Assembly: GCF_054482525.1 (NCBI RefSeq)
Contig: NZ_CM137006.1
DNA length: 64,000 nt
Reading direction: 5' to 3' (one strand)
Positions 1-8,998 of the stretch are shown here, one piece after another. The notes beneath the pieces are model-generated. The model was not told the DNA's origin. It was given only the letters and a program-made list of their open reading frames with translations, and did no database searches. Every line of letters begins with the position of its first letter. The stretch's first letter is position 1. A program made the position numbers and the translations under genes.

Positions 1-1
1 C

Positions 2-190
2 GCACAGCGTGCGCTTGACCAGTTCGGGACACCTGAACTCAAAGAATATCTGAACACCACCGGGCTGGGTAATCACCCTGATCTGGTCAAAACGTTCGTG
101 AAAATCGGAAAGGCGATGTCTGAAGATGGCATGGTCACCGGTGGTAATGAAGGCCAGCGTAGTGCGGCCGAAGTGCTCTATGGCAAATAA
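2..190 (+). CDS. Phage protein, 3' end only (possible scaffolding/head-assembly protein)
   Basis: Open frame from window start to TAA at 188-190, ending 15 nt before the putative capsid gene. Function inferred from position only. Confidence 0.35.
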   Translation, partial: AQRALDQFGTPELKEYLNTTGLGNHPDLVKTFVKIGKAMSEDGMVTGGNEGQRSAAEVLYGK

Positions 191-204
191 GAGAGGAAAT
201 GACA

Positions 205-1191
205 ATGGCTGTTAAAGGCTTAACTGCGCTAACGCTGGCTGACTGGGGTAAGCGCGTCGATCCAAACGGGAAAGTCGATAAGATTATCGAGCTTCTCGGT
301 CAAACTAACCCGATCCTTCAGGATATGCCTTTTGTCGAAGGGAACCTTCCTACCGGACACCGAACCACTATTCGTTCTGGTTTACCTTCAGCTACCTGGC
401 GTTTGCTGAACTATGGCGTACAGCCAAGCAAATCAACCACAGTGCAGGTAACCGATTCCGTTGGCATGCTGGAAACCTATGCGGAAGTCGATAAGTCACT
501 GGCTGATCTGAACGGCAATACCGCCGAATTCCGCCTGTCTGAAGACCGCGCATTTATTGAAGCGATGAATCAGCAGATGGCGCAGACGCTGTTTTATGGT
601 GATTCCAGCGTTAACCCTCAGCAGTTTATGGGACTGTCCTCCCGCTATTCCAGCCTGTCTGCGGGTAATGCTCAGAATATCATTGATGCTGGTGGCACGG
701 GTACAGATAACACCTCAATCTGGTTAGTGGTGTGGGGCGAAAACACCGTGCATGGCATCTTCCCGAAAGGGCAGAAGGCTGGCATCCAGATGGAAGATAA
801 AGGCCAGGTGACACTGGAAGATGCTAATGGCGGCAAGTACGAAGGCTATCGCACCCATTACAAATGGGATAACGGACTTGCTCTGCGTGACTGGCGTTAT
901 GTTGTTCGCATTGCAAACATCGATGTCAGCAATCTTTCAGAACCATCCTCTGCCGCAAATATTGCGAAGTTGATGGTTAAAGCACTACATCGCATTCCAA
1001 ACCGTGGCATGGGCCGCCCGGTGTTCTACATGAACCGCACTGTAGGCCAGGCTCTTGATCTGCAGTCTCTGGAGAAAACATCTCTGGCTATCAGCGTAAA
1101 AGAGACAGAAGGCGAGTGGTGGACTTCATTCCGTGGTGTACCAATCCGTGAAACTGATGCGCTTCTGGAAACAGAAGCCCGCGTGGTGTAA
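205..1191 (+). CDS. Putative major capsid protein
   Basis: ORF 199..1191; AGAGGA Shine-Dalgarno is best spaced for the second ATG at 205. Sits upstream of the Tphi-like terminator and the adaptor/nozzle-like genes, as T7 gene 10 does. No sequence-level family match could be confirmed. Confidence 0.5.
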   Translation: MAVKGLTALTLADWGKRVDPNGKVDKIIELLGQTNPILQDMPFVEGNLPTGHRTTIRSGLPSATWRLLNYGVQPSKSTTVQVTDSVGMLETYAEVDKSLADLNGNTAEFRLSEDRAFIEAMNQQMAQTLFYGDSSVNPQQFMGLSSRYSSLSAGNAQNIIDAGGTGTDNTSIWLVVWGENTVHGIFPKGQKAGIQMEDKGQVTLEDANGGKYEGYRTHYKWDNGLALRDWRYVVRIANIDVSNLSEPSSAANIAKLMVKALHRIPNRGMGRPVFYMNRTVGQALDLQSLEKTSLAISVKETEGEWWTSFRGVPIRETDALLETEARVV

Positions 1192-1242
1192 CGCCTGTTA
1201 TTAACCTGTGGGTCGTAACAGACCCACTAATGGAGAAAGAAG

Positions 1243-1680
1243 ATGATCACCGACAAACTGTTGATGTTCTCCGAAGCTCAGGCGGTTACGAATACCGCGG
1301 CTTCTACTGACGTAATCGATCTCGGTCCAATTGACGGAAAACGTCGTGATATCGGCGTGGGTTACCCGCTTGAGTTTTGGGTGCTGGTTAACGCAGCCGC
1401 CGCAGCAAGCGGTGATGCAACTGTAAACATCCAGTTGCAGACGAGTGAGAATAACACCTCATGGACCACTATTTATGATAGTGGCGCACTGGTAAAGACC
1501 GCCCTGACAGCAGGTAAACGAGTTGTTTCTGCAAAGGTGCCTGCCGGTGTTCAGCGATATCTGCGTGTTAACTACTCCGTCGCAACTGGCCCACTAACGG
1601 CTGGCGAATTCACTGCTGGTATCAGTCTTGATGTTGATGCCAATACGCCGTATCCGATCCGCTCAAAAGTAACTGGTTAA
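1243..1680 (+). CDS. Hypothetical virion protein, 145 aa (possible head decoration/accessory)
   Basis: ORF with GGAGAAAG Shine-Dalgarno; co-oriented and tightly packed after the capsid gene. Confidence 0.4.
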   Translation: MITDKLLMFSEAQAVTNTAASTDVIDLGPIDGKRRDIGVGYPLEFWVLVNAAAAASGDATVNIQLQTSENNTSWTTIYDSGALVKTALTAGKRVVSAKVPAGVQRYLRVNYSVATGPLTAGEFTAGISLDVDANTPYPIRSKVTG

Positions 1681-1690
1681 GGTGATATCG

Positions 1691-2026
1691 ATGTCAGGTG
1701 AGAAACCAAGATACCGCGTTCTGCGCCTCTCTCATATCCATAACACTCTGTGGCCGGAGGGGGCAGAAATCGAATACGAAGGTGAGCCTGGTAGCGCACT
1801 GGAACCTGTTAACGATGCAGCCAGACAGGCAAAAGCAAAAGTTGCAGGAAAGGTGTCAATGGCAGCAACCAGCACCAAAATCATCAACGATGTGTCAGAT
1901 GATGGTGAACTGGATAAGCTCCGTGAAGAGTACGAATTGCTCTTTAACGAGAAGCCACACCATAACGCCAAAGCTGAAACGCTCCGCGAGAAGATCGCAG
2001 ATAAGCGTAAAGAACTGGGCGTGTAA
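1691..2026 (+). CDS. Hypothetical phage protein, ~111 aa
   Basis: ORF 1682..2026 in the track; first ATG at 1691. Followed directly by a strong intrinsic terminator. Confidence 0.4.
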   Translation: MSGEKPRYRVLRLSHIHNTLWPEGAEIEYEGEPGSALEPVNDAARQAKAKVAGKVSMAATSTKIINDVSDDGELDKLREEYELLFNEKPHHNAKAETLREKIADKRKELGV

Positions 2027-2042
2027 GCCTCGCGAATCAGAC

Positions 2043-2064
2043 AAGGGGCTTCGGCCCCTTTATT
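2043..2064 (+). terminator. Rho-independent terminator after the capsid gene group (T7 Tphi-like position)
   Basis: aaGGGGCttcgGCCCCtttatt: GC stem, 4-nt loop, T-run. Confidence 0.65.
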
Positions 2065-2076
2065 GCAGGAGTGTAT

Positions 2077-2400
2077 ATGGAACTCGTAAACCTCAAAACC
2101 GGCACTGACAGCTACCAGGATGAGAGCGGAGAAACCAGAACTCGTGATGAATACCCGTGGGGGCTGTGCATCACTCTTAATAACGACACATTGAATAAGC
2201 TGAAGGCGCAACCTAAGGGCGTCGGAACGGAAGTGATGATAACTGCAAAGGCTGTTATTCGAGGCCTGTCTGCCAGAGAAACTGACGATGGCGTTAATCG
2301 CAGCGCCGATCTGCAGATCACTGATATGGCGATCGCTCCTGTTTCCGGGGATGTAGAAAAATCAGCGGCTGAAACTCTGTACGGTAACGGAGGTGAGTGA
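2077..2400 (+). CDS. Hypothetical phage protein, ~107 aa
   Basis: ORF 2071..2400; stop overlaps the next start as TGATG. Confidence 0.4.
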   Translation: MELVNLKTGTDSYQDESGETRTRDEYPWGLCITLNNDTLNKLKAQPKGVGTEVMITAKAVIRGLSARETDDGVNRSADLQITDMAIAPVSGDVEKSAAETLYGNGGE

Positions 2401-3005
2401 TGGCCTCTGTAGTAGAGATCTGTAATCGTGCGCTGTCCAATATTGGCAACAGCCGCAGCATTAACAGCCTGACGGAAGCCAGCAAGGAAGCGGGGGAATG
2501 TTCGCTGCACTTTGAGGCCTGCCGTGATGCTGTGCTTTCTGATTTTGACTGGAACTTTGCTACCAAACGCGTGGCGCTTGCAGATACGAGCAATCCACCG
2601 CCTGACTGGGAATATGCGTACCAGTACCCGTCAGATTGTCTGCGCATTACTGAAATTATGCTTCCTGGTGTACGCAATCCAACAGCAGCAATGCGCGTTC
2701 AGTACGAAGTTGGTGCAGACACCAACGGAACAGGAAAGTTGATCTACACAGACCAGCCTCAGGCATGGCTCAAGTATGTCTCTCGCGTTACAGATGTGAA
2801 CATGTTTGATGCCATTTTTATGGAGGCGTTGGCCTGGCGTCTTGCGGCAGCTATTAACATGGCGCTGACTGGGAATGCAGACCTCGGTACGTTTGCCCTC
2901 AATATGTACAATCGCGTGATTCTTAGTGCTGGCTCGCATAGCCAGAATGAATCACAGGAACCACAGCCACCGGTTGACGAGTTTACCATTGCGAGGTTGT
3001 CCTGA
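2400..3005 (+). CDS. Putative head-tail adaptor / tail tubular protein A-like, 201 aa
   Basis: GGAGGT Shine-Dalgarno; ~200-aa gene immediately before an ~800-aa gene with overlapping stop/start, mirroring T7 gp11/gp12. Assignment is by position and size. Confidence 0.4.
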   Translation: MASVVEICNRALSNIGNSRSINSLTEASKEAGECSLHFEACRDAVLSDFDWNFATKRVALADTSNPPPDWEYAYQYPSDCLRITEIMLPGVRNPTAAMRVQYEVGADTNGTGKLIYTDQPQAWLKYVSRVTDVNMFDAIFMEALAWRLAAAINMALTGNADLGTFALNMYNRVILSAGSHSQNESQEPQPPVDEFTIARLS

Positions 3006-5476
3006 TGGCTATCAGTTGGATCCAGCCCAGCTTTGCCGGTGGTGAGATTGGACCGTCGTTGTACGGACGTATCGACATGGCGAAGTACCAGGTGGCATTG
3101 CGCAAGTGCGATAACTTTATCGTGCGGCAGTATGGCGGCGTTGAGAATCGACCTGGTACGCGTTTTGTCGGTGCCGCCAAATACCCAAATCGGAAATGCC
3201 GCCTGATCCCGTTCCAGTTCTCGACGGTTCAGACCTATGCTCTGGAGTTCGGACACCAGTACATGCGCGTTATCAAAGATGGTGCGTTGGTGCTGAACAG
3301 CAGCAATGTTATTTATGAAATTGCCACGCCATATACTGAAGCCGATCTGTTCCGAATTAAATTTACGCAAAGCGCCGACGTGCTTACGCTGGTTCACCCG
3401 GCATACCCGCCGAAAGAGTTGCGCCGCTATGCGCATGACAACTGGCAACTGGTTGATGTGGTAACGAAGAACGGGCCATTTGAAGATATCAATATTGACG
3501 AGTCAGTGACGGTTTATGCCAGCGCCAGCACTGGGACAATTACGTTAACGGCAAGCGCCTCTATTTTTGGCGCGGAGCAGGTAGGCAAATTGTTCTATCT
3601 GGAACAGCCTGCAGTGGATTCTGTGCCGGTATGGGAAACCAGTAAGAGTACGTCGATTGGCGATATTCGCCGTGCAGACAGTAACTACTATCGCGCCGTT
3701 ACAGCAGGAAAAACAGGCACTTTGCGCCCTTCGCATACAGAAGGCACATCATGGGATGGCTGGGGCGGATCCGGTGATGATGATACTGGCATTGAGTGGG
3801 AGTATCTGCACAGTGGTTTTGGCATTGCCCGTATAACTGCTGTAAATGGCACTACTGCAACTGCTGAGGTGATTTCCTATATCCCTTCGCAGGTCGTTGG
3901 CGAGGATAATGCCAGCTATAAATGGGCTAAATATGCCTGGAACAGTGTTAATGGTTATCCTGGCACTGTTGTTTATTATCAACAACGTCTTTACTTCGCC
4001 GCATCGACTGCGTTCCCTCAGACTATCTGGGCCAGCCGTACTGGGGATTATAAGGATTTTGGCAAAAGCAATCCTACGCAGGATGACGACAGAATTATCT
4101 ACACCTATGCCGGGCGTCAGGTTAATGAGATCCGCCACCTGATTGATGTTGGTTCGCTGGTGGCGCTGACTTCCGGAGGTGAGTATGTCATCACCGGCGA
4201 CCAGAACAAAGTGTTAACCCCATCATCATTTGCATTCAGCTCTCAGGGATCAAATGGCTCAAGCAACGTCCCGCCAATTGCCGTGGCGAATATTGCTTTG
4301 TTCGTCCAGGAGAAAGGCAGTGTTGTACGTGATCTGGCCTACTCATTCGATGTTGACGGCTATCAGGGGAACGACCTGACCATCCTTGCCAATCATCTTT
4401 TTCAGAAGCACAGCATTGTTGACTGGTGCTTCTCGATTGTCCCTTACTCCAGCGCCTTCTGCATTCGTGATGACGGTAAATTGCTGGTGATGACCTATTT
4501 GCGTGATCAGCAGGTTTTTGCATGGGCACCACAATCCAGTACCGGGAAATATGAAAGCACATGCAGTATCAGCGAAGGCAATGAAGATGCGGTGTATTTC
4601 GTCGTTAACCGAACCGTTAACGGGCAAACAGTGAGATACATAGAGCGACTGTCCAGCCGTTTATTTACCAGCGATGAAGATGCTTTCTTTGTTGATTCTG
4701 GCCTTAGCTATGATGGAAGAAATACGTCTGACAGAACGATGACCATCACTGGTGGTTCTGGTGAATGGGATTACCGCGCGGAATATACAATCAGTATTTC
4801 TGGTGGTGCGTACTTCACCAGTAGTGATGTCGGTGCGCAACTACAATTCCCTTATACCGGAACTGATCCTGATACTGGCGATGAAGTGTCAAAAGAATTA
4901 CGTTGCGACATTATTTCTGTAACCAGCAATACCGCTGTAGTGGTTCGTCCTAACAGGAACGTCCCATCATCCCTCAGGAATGTGGCCACCACGAACTGGC
5001 AGATGGCGCGCCGGACATTTGGAGGCCTGTCTCATCTTGAAGGCCAGATCGTAAACATTCTCTCTGATGCGAACGTGGAACCACAGAAAGTTGTTTCCGG
5101 AGGTGCCGTCACGCTGGAATCTCCGGGGGCTGTAGTGCACATCGGCCTGCCAATAACTGCTGAATTCGAAACACTGGATATCAACATTAGCGGACAGGAA
5201 ACGCTGCTGGACAAAAAACAGGTGATCCCGTCCGTTACTCTGGTTGTGAATGCCAGTCGCGGCATCTGGGCGACTACGCCCGGCGGTAAATGGTACGAAT
5301 ATCCACAGCGTGAATTCGAGTTCTACGATGATCCTGTTGATGATGCTACCGGAAAAGTAGAAGTGAAACTGGACAGTAACTGGGGCAAAAACGGGCGTGT
5401 AAAAATCCGTCAGCTTGACCCGTTGCCGCTGTCTGTTCTTGCCGTTATTCCTCGCCTTACTGTTGGGGGAGTCTGA
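3005..5476 (+). CDS. Putative tail tubular protein B / nozzle-like protein, 823 aa
   Basis: TGATG overlap with the upstream gene; size and position match T7 gp12. N-terminus is Gly/Pro-rich. Confidence 0.45.
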   Translation: MAISWIQPSFAGGEIGPSLYGRIDMAKYQVALRKCDNFIVRQYGGVENRPGTRFVGAAKYPNRKCRLIPFQFSTVQTYALEFGHQYMRVIKDGALVLNSSNVIYEIATPYTEADLFRIKFTQSADVLTLVHPAYPPKELRRYAHDNWQLVDVVTKNGPFEDINIDESVTVYASASTGTITLTASASIFGAEQVGKLFYLEQPAVDSVPVWETSKSTSIGDIRRADSNYYRAVTAGKTGTLRPSHTEGTSWDGWGGSGDDDTGIEWEYLHSGFGIARITAVNGTTATAEVISYIPSQVVGEDNASYKWAKYAWNSVNGYPGTVVYYQQRLYFAASTAFPQTIWASRTGDYKDFGKSNPTQDDDRIIYTYAGRQVNEIRHLIDVGSLVALTSGGEYVITGDQNKVLTPSSFAFSSQGSNGSSNVPPIAVANIALFVQEKGSVVRDLAYSFDVDGYQGNDLTILANHLFQKHSIVDWCFSIVPYSSAFCIRDDGKLLVMTYLRDQQVFAWAPQSSTGKYESTCSISEGNEDAVYFVVNRTVNGQTVRYIERLSSRLFTSDEDAFFVDSGLSYDGRNTSDRTMTITGGSGEWDYRAEYTISISGGAYFTSSDVGAQLQFPYTGTDPDTGDEVSKELRCDIISVTSNTAVVVRPNRNVPSSLRNVATTNWQMARRTFGGLSHLEGQIVNILSDANVEPQKVVSGGAVTLESPGAVVHIGLPITAEFETLDINISGQETLLDKKQVIPSVTLVVNASRGIWATTPGGKWYEYPQREFEFYDDPVDDATGKVEVKLDSNWGKNGRVKIRQLDPLPLSVLAVIPRLTVGGV

Positions 5477-5940
5477 TGATCGATGTTCAAATTATTCCCG
5501 CTACCGAAGAGCATCTTCAGATGATTTTGCCGGATGTTCGTCAGGCTGATATTGACGAACTGTATGCGGTATCGCTGATGACTACCGAAGATGCGCTGCG
5601 CGTTGGTCTTCGCACTGCGACTATGGCCTGGTCAGGGTTCGCGAACGGAGAACTGGTAACCATGTTTGGTGTATCTCCGGCGTCAATGATCGGTGGCAAT
5701 GGTACGCCCTGGCTGGTAGGAACCAGCCGTATTGAAAAATATCAGAAGACATTTCTGCGCCACTGCCGCCCTGTATTGCAGCAGATGCTGGCAGTTTATC
5801 CGCGCCTGGAAAACTACGTCGACGAGCGAAACCATGTTGCCAAAGCATGGCTGCACTGGCTTGGATTCAGGCTTGAAGAAGCCGCGCCTTATGGTGCTCT
5901 TGGTCTTAATTTCCACAGATTTCACATGGAGAGAAAATAA
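5476..5940 (+). CDS. Putative internal virion protein, 154 aa
   Basis: Start overlaps the upstream stop; lies in the internal-protein block between nozzle-like gene and tailspike. Confidence 0.35.
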   Translation: MIDVQIIPATEEHLQMILPDVRQADIDELYAVSLMTTEDALRVGLRTATMAWSGFANGELVTMFGVSPASMIGGNGTPWLVGTSRIEKYQKTFLRHCRPVLQQMLAVYPRLENYVDERNHVAKAWLHWLGFRLEEAAPYGALGLNFHRFHMERK

Positions 5941-6485
5941 TGTGCGATCCGGTTATTGCTGGTGGCGCAATGCTCGCCATGAGTGGCATTCAGGCATACA
6001 CCCAGTACCAACAGGGAAAGTATGCCTCGAAGGTTGCAGAAGCGAACGCAGATATAGCCACAGCTCAGGCAAATGATGCAATAAACAGAGGTAACGCTGA
6101 AGCTGAGCAACGACGCAGAGAGACCCGACAGCGGCTTGGTACACAGGCGGCGACAATGGGGGCTACCGGCGCTGATTTATCTACAGGTAACGCGCTGGAT
6201 ATATTTGGCGACACTGCCCAGTTTGGCGCTCTTGATTCGCTGACGACGGTGAATAACGCGCAACGCGAGGCTTACGGTTATCAGGTTCAGGCTGCCAACT
6301 ATAAAGCAGAAGCCAGTTCAGCCCGTAAACAGGGGAATGTGGGAGCAGCAACAACATTGCTCACTGCGCCTCTGAAGGCATACGGTGCCTACCAGATGTT
6401 TGGTGGGACGTGGAGTCCGTTTACTCAAAGTACTCCTGCACCAATCGGGGCAGCAGCAGGAACCAGATTACCCGGAGGATTATAA
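5940..6485 (+). CDS. Putative internal virion protein, 181 aa, Ala/Gly/Gln-rich
   Basis: TAATG overlap with upstream gene; low-complexity helical composition typical of ejection proteins. Confidence 0.35.
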   Translation: MCDPVIAGGAMLAMSGIQAYTQYQQGKYASKVAEANADIATAQANDAINRGNAEAEQRRRETRQRLGTQAATMGATGADLSTGNALDIFGDTAQFGALDSLTTVNNAQREAYGYQVQAANYKAEASSARKQGNVGAATTLLTAPLKAYGAYQMFGGTWSPFTQSTPAPIGAAAGTRLPGGL

Positions 6486-8998
6486 TGCCAGTCGTACCAA
6501 CAGTATCCGGACGTCAGGTTGAGAGCCGTGGAGTTCAGTCAGCAGGCTTGCAGACGTTTTCTCAGCCAGGTATTGGTGATGCTTTTGTTCGGGCAGGGGC
6601 AGAGGCTATTGATGTTTTTGGTCAGGCAAAACAGCGTGCCAATATCGCTCTGGCTCAGGAGGCATCTCTTAACCTCAGTCAGATAAGCAGTGATCTGCTG
6701 AATAATCCTGAAACAGGATTGCTTAACCTGAAAGGGAAAAATGCTATTGGAAAAGGCCATGAGTATACGCAGCAGTTTGATGCTCAGGTCGAACAACTGG
6801 CTATGTCGCTGCCGGATGAACAGGCTCGTAATGCTTTCATGCAGCAGGCGCAGCAGCAGCGCATTCAGTTCACTACGCAGGCAGGGCGGCACGAGATAGG
6901 GCAAATAAATGCCTACGAAGAAGGCCAGTTTCAGGCTACGCTGCTGAACAATGGTAAAAATGCCGCAGCATTGTATGGCGACAACGCCGCATACGTATTG
7001 GCTAATAAGCAAACTTTCCAGCAAATTGAGGATTACGGCATTGCACATGGCTGGAGTGACGAGCAAATCCAGGCCAAGAAAATCGAGTTTAAAGAAGCAA
7101 CAGCAAAAGCAACTGCTCAAAATGCTATTGGAGCAAACTATCTTCAGGTAAGACAGCAAAACGGCGAGTTAAGCGATACTGCTGCTGGATCTCGCCGTGC
7201 TGTAGCAGATAGTGGCTCTTTCGATCGTACCCGCGGTATACGCAACAATAACCCCGGCAATCTTGAATACAGCAAAACTAATCCGTGGGTTGGGCAGACA
7301 GGTGATGATGGTCGCTTTGCTAAATTCGAAACACCTGAACACGGTATTCGTGCATTAGGGCGGAACCTGATGTCGTATCAGCGGCAGGGTATTGATACCG
7401 TCAGCGAGATAATTAATCGCTGGGCACCGCCCACTGATAAAAATGACACAATGTCGTATATCAAAGCAGTGTGCGAACAACTTGGCGTTTCTGCTGATGA
7501 GTCTCTCGATGCATCTAATCCGGATACCCTGAAGGCGCTTTGTGCAGCCATTATCCATCATGAAAACGGTAGCCAGCCATACAGTGATCAGCAGTTAACT
7601 GATGGTGTTAGTGCTGCGCTGGGGCTTTCTCAGCTACCGACAAAAAATAAACGTTATACCGGTGTAGCTTGGTTCGATGCTTTAAGTGAATCAGATCAGG
7701 CCAGCGTGTTGCGACAGACTGATGCACTAGCCAGACAACAGCAGGCTGAATATAAAACGATGCTCGACAGCCGGGTTCGCGATGCGACGGCTGCGTATAT
7801 GCGTGGCGTTGAATTTCCTAACCCACCTGGTGAGGATGATTTTATTGCAGCTTATGGAGTCAGAGAAGGAAACCTGCGATATACCGAGTTTAAGAATACG
7901 CAGATCGCCGGACAGTATATAGGCTCTTTCCGCAACATGCCGACAAGCAGCATTACAGCATATGTTGAGCAATTACGCCCGGATACTGGTGATACAGGGG
8001 AGGGGTATGCGGCACGCGCAGCTCTTTATGACAACGTTGTTTCGGCTGCAAATCAGGTGATAAAGCAGCGGCAGTCGGATCCTGTGCAGTTCTCTCTTGC
8101 CTCCGGACAGGCAAAGCCTATCGACATGAGCAATAAGGATAACTTTGGACAGAGCGTTGCCTTGCGTGCCGCTCAGGTCAGTGACCTTGCTAAGTCATAT
8201 GGCACTCCACTGACGTTCTTTTCCAAAGACGAGGCCAATCAGATCGGTGTTTTCTTTCGTGATGCTCCAGTTTCCCAACAGGCAGCATATCTCGATACCA
8301 TCAGGCAGAGCACTGGTGGTGGGCAGGTGTATATGTCAGCACTACAGCAGATCAGTGCCAACGCTCCATCTGCTGCCGTTGCCGGGATACTGATGGATAA
8401 GCCTGGTGGTATTTTGGCAGAAAAAAACTGGTTTAATCCGGATGTTTCCGTGTCTCCTGAAACCGCTGCGCAGACAATTCTTGCTGGCGCGGCGGCTCGT
8501 AAAGGTACTGATGATGCGAAAGGTATTCCGATGCCTAAAGATGCTGATCTTCGCCTTGAGTTTTCTGACATGGTGAAGGATGCATTTGCTGGTGACGCTC
8601 AGGGGGCATCAATGGCATACGAGATCGCAAAGGATTATTACGCTGGTGTGATGGCGAAAAAAGGCGTGGTATCAGGCGAAATTGACAATGATGTCTGGAA
8701 ACAGGCTGTTAACGTAGCTACAGGTGGCGTGCATGACTATAACGGAATGGGGAATGTCCTTTTGCCGTGGGGAATGTCTGCAGAGCAATTCGATAAGCAG
8801 GTTAATCAGGCTTGGAATGAACAAGTTGTCGGCTCTGGGATAAAAACACCGCCTGGTCAGTATGGTTTGCAAAGTTACGGCGATAGTCAGTACCTGGTGA
8901 AACTTGGTACTGGTTATCTGCTGAAAGATGATGGTTCTCCCGTTGTTCTTAATCTGACACAGAAGCGTCAGAGATTCTCCGGAGATATTCCGCAATGA
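6485..8998 (+). CDS. Putative internal virion/ejection protein, 837 aa, with a conserved central block
   Basis: Track ORF 6410..8998; ATG at 6485 overlaps the upstream stop (TAATG). Central block GIRNNNPGNL...RWAPP...HHENG looks like a globular domain. Confidence 0.4.
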   Translation: MPVVPTVSGRQVESRGVQSAGLQTFSQPGIGDAFVRAGAEAIDVFGQAKQRANIALAQEASLNLSQISSDLLNNPETGLLNLKGKNAIGKGHEYTQQFDAQVEQLAMSLPDEQARNAFMQQAQQQRIQFTTQAGRHEIGQINAYEEGQFQATLLNNGKNAAALYGDNAAYVLANKQTFQQIEDYGIAHGWSDEQIQAKKIEFKEATAKATAQNAIGANYLQVRQQNGELSDTAAGSRRAVADSGSFDRTRGIRNNNPGNLEYSKTNPWVGQTGDDGRFAKFETPEHGIRALGRNLMSYQRQGIDTVSEIINRWAPPTDKNDTMSYIKAVCEQLGVSADESLDASNPDTLKALCAAIIHHENGSQPYSDQQLTDGVSAALGLSQLPTKNKRYTGVAWFDALSESDQASVLRQTDALARQQQAEYKTMLDSRVRDATAAYMRGVEFPNPPGEDDFIAAYGVREGNLRYTEFKNTQIAGQYIGSFRNMPTSSITAYVEQLRPDTGDTGEGYAARAALYDNVVSAANQVIKQRQSDPVQFSLASGQAKPIDMSNKDNFGQSVALRAAQVSDLAKSYGTPLTFFSKDEANQIGVFFRDAPVSQQAAYLDTIRQSTGGGQVYMSALQQISANAPSAAVAGILMDKPGGILAEKNWFNPDVSVSPETAAQTILAGAAARKGTDDAKGIPMPKDADLRLEFSDMVKDAFAGDAQGASMAYEIAKDYYAGVMAKKGVVSGEIDNDVWKQAVNVATGGVHDYNGMGNVLLPWGMSAEQFDKQVNQAWNEQVVGSGIKTPPGQYGLQSYGDSQYLVKLGTGYLLKDDGSPVVLNLTQKRQRFSGDIPQ

